64,000 bases of DNA from Eledone cirrhosa (lineage: Eukaryota). The stretch covers positions 68,014,001-68,078,000 of the forward strand of contig OZ024742.1 in NCBI GenBank assembly GCA_964016885.1, read 5' to 3'. The translations under genes and the position numbers were made by a program. The notes under the pieces are model-generated. The model saw only the letters and a program-made list of their open reading frames with translations. It made no database searches and was not told where the DNA came from. Each line of letters starts with the position of its first letter. The first letter of the stretch is position 1. This document shows, piece after piece, positions 58,325 to 64,000 of the stretch.

Positions 58325-59672
58325 CAATATAGACAGTTTTATAGATAAATAGATTTGACATACCGTTCAACATCGACTTGTATTTGAAAAGTTGATTTGG
58401 CAGTGAAAAAAATTGTAAACAGAAAGAAAGAAAGAGAGAAAAAAGGAAAGAAAGAAAAGAAAGAAAGAAAACGAAGAAAAAGAAGAAAAAGAAGAAATGC
58501 ATGGAACAAAATAGAGAGATGGAAAGATAGATAAAGAGAAGAACTTCATGTAAAGAAACAGAGAGAGATATATATAGAGAGAGGAGATAGATAGAGATAG
58601 ATATATAGAGAAAAGTAGGTGGTTGGACATCCGTTGAATAAACGTATCAATGATACATTTATTTATTTATTTATTTATTTAGCTCTAGTATTAATGTAAG
58701 GGAGATATATGTGGTTAGGAGAGAAACCAGCTGTTATATAGAGAGAAAAAGTAACCAGACATAGGCGAGGCATAAAAACCTATGTTTTAATGTAGAAGTA
58801 TTAGTATGTATAAAAACCAGGCACTATAATGTAAATATCAGTATTCCTGAATGAGACACGTATCCATAATGTGTGAAAAGTGATGATCTTATGTTTAGTT
58901 TTAAAAATTCATATGTTTATATGATAACTACAAACATCGATGTGAATTTACGTGATCAACTCTGCAAACCCCAATTTTCCACGGAGAACATTCTCATTGT
59001 GCTATAAAAATTTAAGTATACATATATGTGTATATATATACACATATATATAGAGTCTATATTACTACTAATCTTGTCTTTACTCTACGTGATTATCTAT
59101 CAAGCAGAAATAGAGAACAGATTTCAATATATTAATAAAAAAAATAAAAAAATAAAAAAATATCAGAAACAAAAACCCCAAAAAAAAAAATAATAATAAT
59201 AATAATAATAATAAATAATAATAAAATAGAAAACTAAAAAATATTACGAAAAAATATTACATATTAAAAATATTACATATTAAAAATAAAAATATTAGAA
59301 AATACTACAATAATAAAAACGAACCACAAAGATCAACCCTTCAAAATTAATTGACAATATATTGCCAAGTTCATTATAAGCATCAGAGTCGAAAACAGAT
59401 AAAGCTAAAAATTATTTATCAAATCGCGTCTAGCAAAAATCATTTCAAAAAGTTTAGGATGCCCATTTGGTCTACATGTGTTCTTATATTTAATATAGAA
59501 GTTTATCTAGTGTAACGTTTATTCGAAATATTTGGAGCATCAACTTTTAAGGTAGTTTAATTTTTCATGAAGAATGTTTAAATAAAAATAAAAATAAAAA
59601 GAAGAATAAAAAGAAGAAATCGAAAGATTTATCGGCTAGTTTCCCAAATAATTATAAATCAAACTAAATATA

Positions 59673-61886
59673 CTACATTTTAAATTTAAATTTATATTTA
59701 AAAGTTGAGTTTAATCTATGTTTGCAGCAACTGAATAAATTTGTCCGTAGATTAAGGGAATTTTTAGATTTTAGTATAAAGAATATCTCCTCTGCGCAGA
59801 GGTCACATGTCTCAGAGGATGAATTAAAAGGAATCCCTCTTGAGACTATATTCCCAGCCGTCGAATATCTAACGTTATCTAGCTTAAGTTGCCAGAGTAC
59901 GCCTGATAGTGCTGTTGAAGATTTTTTGCTTGGATCTGTGAAAGAATTATTGTGGTTATTATAGCGAAGTTTAAATTCCGTCGATGTGGAACCGACGTAG
60001 TTAAAAGAATTAGAGTCAGTTTTAACATTACAATTGTATATTATATTTTTAACTAAGCAGTTGTTATTTAACGGACATTTAGATCTATCTCTACAGTTAC
60101 ATTTGTTAACTTGTATATTATTTATGCTATTATCACTAGGTTTTAAGTTCCTATTATTTATTCTATTAATATTTTGTGCTAAATTTTTGGTGGATGAGTA
60201 GGTTAATTTTATAGTATGTCTATTGAAAATTGAGTGATACCTATGTGTTCTAGGGAAGCGATTATCAAGAGCTTTAAAAAATAGTTTAGCGATGTGGGTT
60301 TTAATGTTTAGTGAGAAAGGGGGGGCAAACCAAATTATGTTCCTAGTTCTATTTCTTTTTTGGCTTTTGGAATTATTGTAATGCTTTCTATTATAGTTGT
60401 TAAGGTTGTTGCCGTAATTAAAATAGTTGTTATTTTGTTTAGTTTGTCTATCATTATCTATGTACATAATCTTATCACTATATCCTGCTCTAGCTAACGC
60501 TTCATTGTAGTACTGGGCTTTTTCGTCGAAAATCTTTCTATTGGATGAGATTCTAGAGATACGTTTTTGAACAGAGTTTACTATAGTGTTTTTGACAGAT
60601 CTGGGGTGGTTAGAGTTAAAGCTGACATAGTTTAAGTTTTCATTCAACTTGTGAAAAGGATAGTGAAGACATGTGTTGAGATTTAATGTTATATCTAGGA
60701 AATTGACTATTCTATGGTTGTTCTCAATTTCTATTTTAAGATTAAAGTAATTAAAAAATTGTGTAATTTGTTTACATTTTCTATTTAGTTCAGAGTTATT
60801 ATTATCAATAAGTAAAAGCATGTCATCTCTATATAAACCTCCGGTAGTACCAGGTATTTTCCTATGTAGCGAATTGATTAAAAATAAGCCCACAAGGTCA
60901 GTTACCTGAGCTGAGTCGGATGATCCCATAGTAATGTCAAAATTGCTATCTCTATCTGCTCTGGTCCATAGTTGGTCATTAAATTCTATCAATGTTTTCC
61001 TAGCCGATAATATAATATGCATTTCATTGCTAGTTAGGTCTGTATGTTTGAATGCGTAATTTAGTGCCTTATTTAGTAGATTAGGGGTAATAGAAGAATA
61101 ATAGTTAGCAATATCAAGTTGAATAAACTTATTATTATTGTTATATTTAATTTGCTTAAACCACTCAACAACCTCTCCAGTTCCCTTCCACAAGCTCAGG
61201 TTAGGTAAACAATCCAAGTTCTTAATTTGCTGTATCACCCTGTCAAGAATGTTTTTGCTTAATTTGCCCAGGTCCGATTTTGATGGTGCGATCAATCTAA
61301 CTGGCAAGTCATTTTCAAAATTGCTCTTGTGATCTTTCATATTGATCTTCGGTTTCCTGGGCACGAAAGGTTGTGTTCTGTTCTCAATTTCCAACTCGTG
61401 CATTATACAAGATGCTTCGACATTCATTTTCTCAAGCTCGGCCTTATCTGCTACCTTGTACTTTTTCCTCAGTTCCTTCAGTATGAGGCCATTATACATG
61501 TCTTTCTGCACTCCATAGAGGTTGTTGGTCTTGTCAGATTTCACCAAGATCTTCTCAGTTTTCTCTAAGCTCTCAATATTATCCTTAATGCCTTTCAGAT
61601 ATTCCTGGCCTTTGAAGTTTCTCTTGAATTTGACCCCTTGTATGATGGAAATTATATCGTTTTCAAAGTCAGATAAAAGTTTGTTAGGGGGTGGATTTCT
61701 TTTAGATTTGAAAACTTTGTTTAAGTCCGAGACATTTTCATTTATATTAGATTTATCAAAGTGGAATGCTCGCCACCTGATTCTCCTTATAAAAGAGTCA
61801 GATTTATCTATTAATTGTTTTATAAAGTCTTTGTTTCTAGGTAGAGGTATGTCTTTTAAAGAGGAAGTAATCTTAAAGAATTCCAT
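59673..61886 (-). CDS. PLE polyprotein: reverse transcriptase + C-terminal GIY-YIG endonuclease (737 aa)
   Basis: KSDKTNN (DKG-domain variant); RT motifs FIQLDIANYYSSI, ITMGS, LYRDD, NFLDI; thumb SNHP; CNCx5CPLx3C knuckle; IIY..YVGST..FKLRYNNH; CDLC..E..LN..CKH. Confidence 0.95.
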   Translation of the reverse strand: MEFFKITSSLKDIPLPRNKDFIKQLIDKSDSFIRRIRWRAFHFDKSNINENVSDLNKVFKSKRNPPPNKLLSDFENDIISIIQGVKFKRNFKGQEYLKGIKDNIESLEKTEKILVKSDKTNNLYGVQKDMYNGLILKELRKKYKVADKAELEKMNVEASCIMHELEIENRTQPFVPRKPKINMKDHKSNFENDLPVRLIAPSKSDLGKLSKNILDRVIQQIKNLDCLPNLSLWKGTGEVVEWFKQIKYNNNNKFIQLDIANYYSSITPNLLNKALNYAFKHTDLTSNEMHIILSARKTLIEFNDQLWTRADRDSNFDITMGSSDSAQVTDLVGLFLINSLHRKIPGTTGGLYRDDMLLLIDNNNSELNRKCKQITQFFNYFNLKIEIENNHRIVNFLDITLNLNTCLHYPFHKLNENLNYVSFNSNHPRSVKNTIVNSVQKRISRISSNRKIFDEKAQYYNEALARAGYSDKIMYIDNDRQTKQNNNYFNYGNNLNNYNRKHYNNSKSQKRNRTRNIIWFAPPFSLNIKTHIAKLFFKALDNRFPRTHRYHSIFNRHTIKLTYSSTKNLAQNINRINNRNLKPSDNSINNIQVNKCNCRDRSKCPLNNNCLVKNIIYNCNVKTDSNSFNYVGSTSTEFKLRYNNHNNSFTDPSKKSSTALSGVLWQLKLDNVRYSTAGNIVSRGIPFNSSSETCDLCAEEIFFILKSKNSLNLRTNLFSCCKHRLNSTFKYKFKFKM

Positions 61887-62064
61887 TTTTTCAGTTATAA
61901 TATAAAGCGCTCAACAGTATTGGAGCAAGATACATGGAAAGTTATATTTAAATTGTTGGGTTACAACTAGTAAATATTTATAACTGATATAAAAGCACTC
62001 GACAAGTATTTGGAGTATATTTACGATATTAAATAAATGGAAACTATATTTATAAAACCATATT

Positions 62065-62130
62065 TATTTCATTATATATATTTCAGGGATATCATATTAA
62101 CAATATGCTATGCCTTCGTCAGACAAAATA
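62065..62130 (-). ncRNA. Type I hammerhead ribozyme in 5' pLTR
   Basis: TATTTTGT-CTGACGA-AGG..CCT-GAAA-TATATA-TA^ATGAAATA; the predicted cut is ~185 nt upstream of the ATG. Confidence 0.8.
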
Positions 62131-62334
62131 CAATATAGACAGTTTTATAGATAAATAGATTTGACATACCGTTCAACATCGACTTGTATTCTTTCTTTCT
62201 TTTCTTTCTTTCCTTTTTTTCTCTCTTTCTTTCTTTCTGTTTACAATTTTTTTCACTGCCAAATCAACTTTTCAAATACAAGTCGATGTTGAACGGTATG
62301 TCAAATCTATTTATCTATAAAACTGTCTATATTG

Positions 62335-62400
62335 TATTTTGTCTGAGGAAGGCATAGCATATTGTTAATATGATATCCCTGAAATATATATAATGAAATA
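62335..62400 (+). ncRNA. Type I hammerhead ribozyme in inverted pLTR
   Basis: TATTTTGT-CTGAGGA-AGG..CCT-GAAA-TATATA-TA^ATGAAATA on +. Confidence 0.8.
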
Positions 62401-62452
62401 AATATGGTTTTATAAATATAGTTTCCATTTATTTAATATCGTAAATATATAT

Positions 62453-62489
<37 letters not shown>

Positions 62490-62885
62490 ATATATATATA
62501 TATATACACACATACATACATGCATAGATATATACATACATATATACATACATGCATACATGCATAGATATATACATACATATATACATACATACATATA
62601 TACATTTATATACATACATGCATACATATATACATTTATACATACATACATATAGATATTTACATTTCTACATATATACATATGCATTTCTACACGCAAC
62701 ATAAAACATGTACGCACTATGAATGTCCGTTGACCTTTCTAATTTCTTCCGATTTTTGAAAGCTGTTTCATACCGTAGAGAGTCTAAAAATCACTCTCCT
62801 TACAAAGCATGCTTGGTTGGGATGTAGGGTTATTCGCCGACGACCAAAATATGTCAGAGGTTGTACTTGCTTCAAGAGCGACCAA

Positions 62886-62954
<69 letters not shown>

Positions 62955-63262
62955 TGCTTAACGCCTGTTGCCCTGTAATGGAAGACTTTGTCTCTGTTTT
63001 CAGGTTGTTTTCTCCACAGCCTCATGTTAAGTCTCCCAAATGCTCTGCTGGCTTTAGCTAGTCTGATGTCTAATTCCTTGTCGATTCTAGTTTGGGTGGA
63101 TATAACATTCCGAAGTTAGCAGAACTGTTACACAGCCTTTTGCTTGCTTTACTTGATGGAAATATTTAACGGATTGTATATATTCTGGAGAGATAGCTAG
63201 GGGAGGACTTCAGTCCGCGTCAAATTGACATCTAGGTCAGAGGCATTTGAAAAGCATATGTC

Positions 63263-63855
63263 TTGTATCGCTTTCTAACTCACCTCTTGGAGTCGTTCCA
63301 CCAACGTTGTCTGTGCACCATATTAAACATTCACTGGCGTGTCTATGTCACCAACACAGAGGTCCTCGCAAACATTAAGACTACAATTAGCAAGGCCAAT
63401 GTTATGAACATACAGATGCGCCTGGCTGGACATGTTTCAAGAATGGCAGACGATCGACTATCAAAGATTGTACTCAACGGAGAACGGTCTTCTGGCTGTC
63501 AAAACAGCGGATCATCCAACTAACGATAAAAAGACATGCTAAAAAGGACCTTATAATTATGTAACATTGACCCCCACCAGTATACCACCCAGGTTGCTGA
63601 TTGCAATGCTTAGCGTCGTACCATCCGGTGAGCTACCAATTCATTTGAGGAACATCTTGGTATCGGCCTGGATAAGAGAAGAGTCAGGCGGAAGGGTTGA
63701 GTTAGAACGGAGCCAAGCACAACAAAGACATTTCTCTGCGGCTGGTGCGGGCGGATCTACCAATCTCAATCGGTCACATCATCCACAAGTGTGCATTGAC
63801 GCAAAGGGGGAAAAACGGACCCTACCTCGAAGTATCTTCGTATCGAAGTCAATGC
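63263..63855 (+). pseudogene. RTE-clade LINE 3' fragment
   Basis: LESFHQRCLCTILNIHW..VTNTEVL..QMRLAGHVSRMADDRLSKIVLNGE. Confidence 0.8.
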
Positions 63856-63875
63856 CATTATATATATATATACAT

Positions 63876-64000
63876 GGGCGGTGAATTGGTAGTATCGGTA
63901 GAGGGTTGGACGCCATGCTTTCTAGCATAGTTACGTCCCTTTACAGTCTGAGTTCAAATCCCGCCGAGGTTAACTTTGCCTTTCATCCTTACGGGGTCGA
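63876..64000 (+). mobile_element. tRNA-derived SINE (cut by window edge)
   Basis: Same A/B boxes and body as 4115-4303. Confidence 0.8.

Larger units (their letters stand above)
58128..62449 (-). mobile_element. Full-length Penelope-like retroelement (Naiad-like) inserted in (TA)n
   Basis: Intact RT-EN ORF; direct pLTRs 58128-58384 and 61934-62190 (2 differences seen); inverted pLTR 62191-62449 matching 58210-58467; (TA)n on both flanks. Confidence 0.95.

Noticed and set aside
59673-61886. Selenoprotein-type Naiad with SECIS
   Set aside because: The ORF has no in-frame TGA and all knuckle positions are ordinary Cys; I could not identify a SECIS by eye.
59673-61886. Bacterial retron, group II intron or telomerase RT
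   Set aside because: The C-terminal GIY-YIG, pLTR architecture and HHRs identify a Penelope-like element.

Overview
Eukaryotic, very AT-rich, microsatellite-saturated non-genic DNA. The tRNA-derived SINEs and repeat content suggest a cephalopod such as Octopus, but that is inference. I found no host gene, and nearly all short ORFs in the track are (TA)n/(CA)n/(GA)n artefacts. The one intact gene is a 737-aa Penelope-like retroelement (PLE; RT plus C-terminal GIY-YIG, Naiad-like) at 59673-61886 (-). It has direct and inverted pseudo-LTRs, each carrying a type I hammerhead ribozyme (HHR), and sits in (TA)n. About 380 bp away is a near-identical 310-bp tandem array with one minimal HHR per unit (retrozyme-like) that inverts inside the ribozyme and is also bounded by (TA)n. 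About 20 complete or partial HHR motifs from at least 7 unrelated repeat families lie across the window, mostly in inverted or tandem cassettes abutting (TA)n. These include U3-A8 core variants, unpaired 10.1:11.1 positions and long loop-II insertions. The rest is decayed mariner, maT, Helitron, RTE, CRE, R4-like and Tx1-like fragments and SINEs. Ribozyme folds were derived by hand; coordinates of degenerate repeats are approximate.
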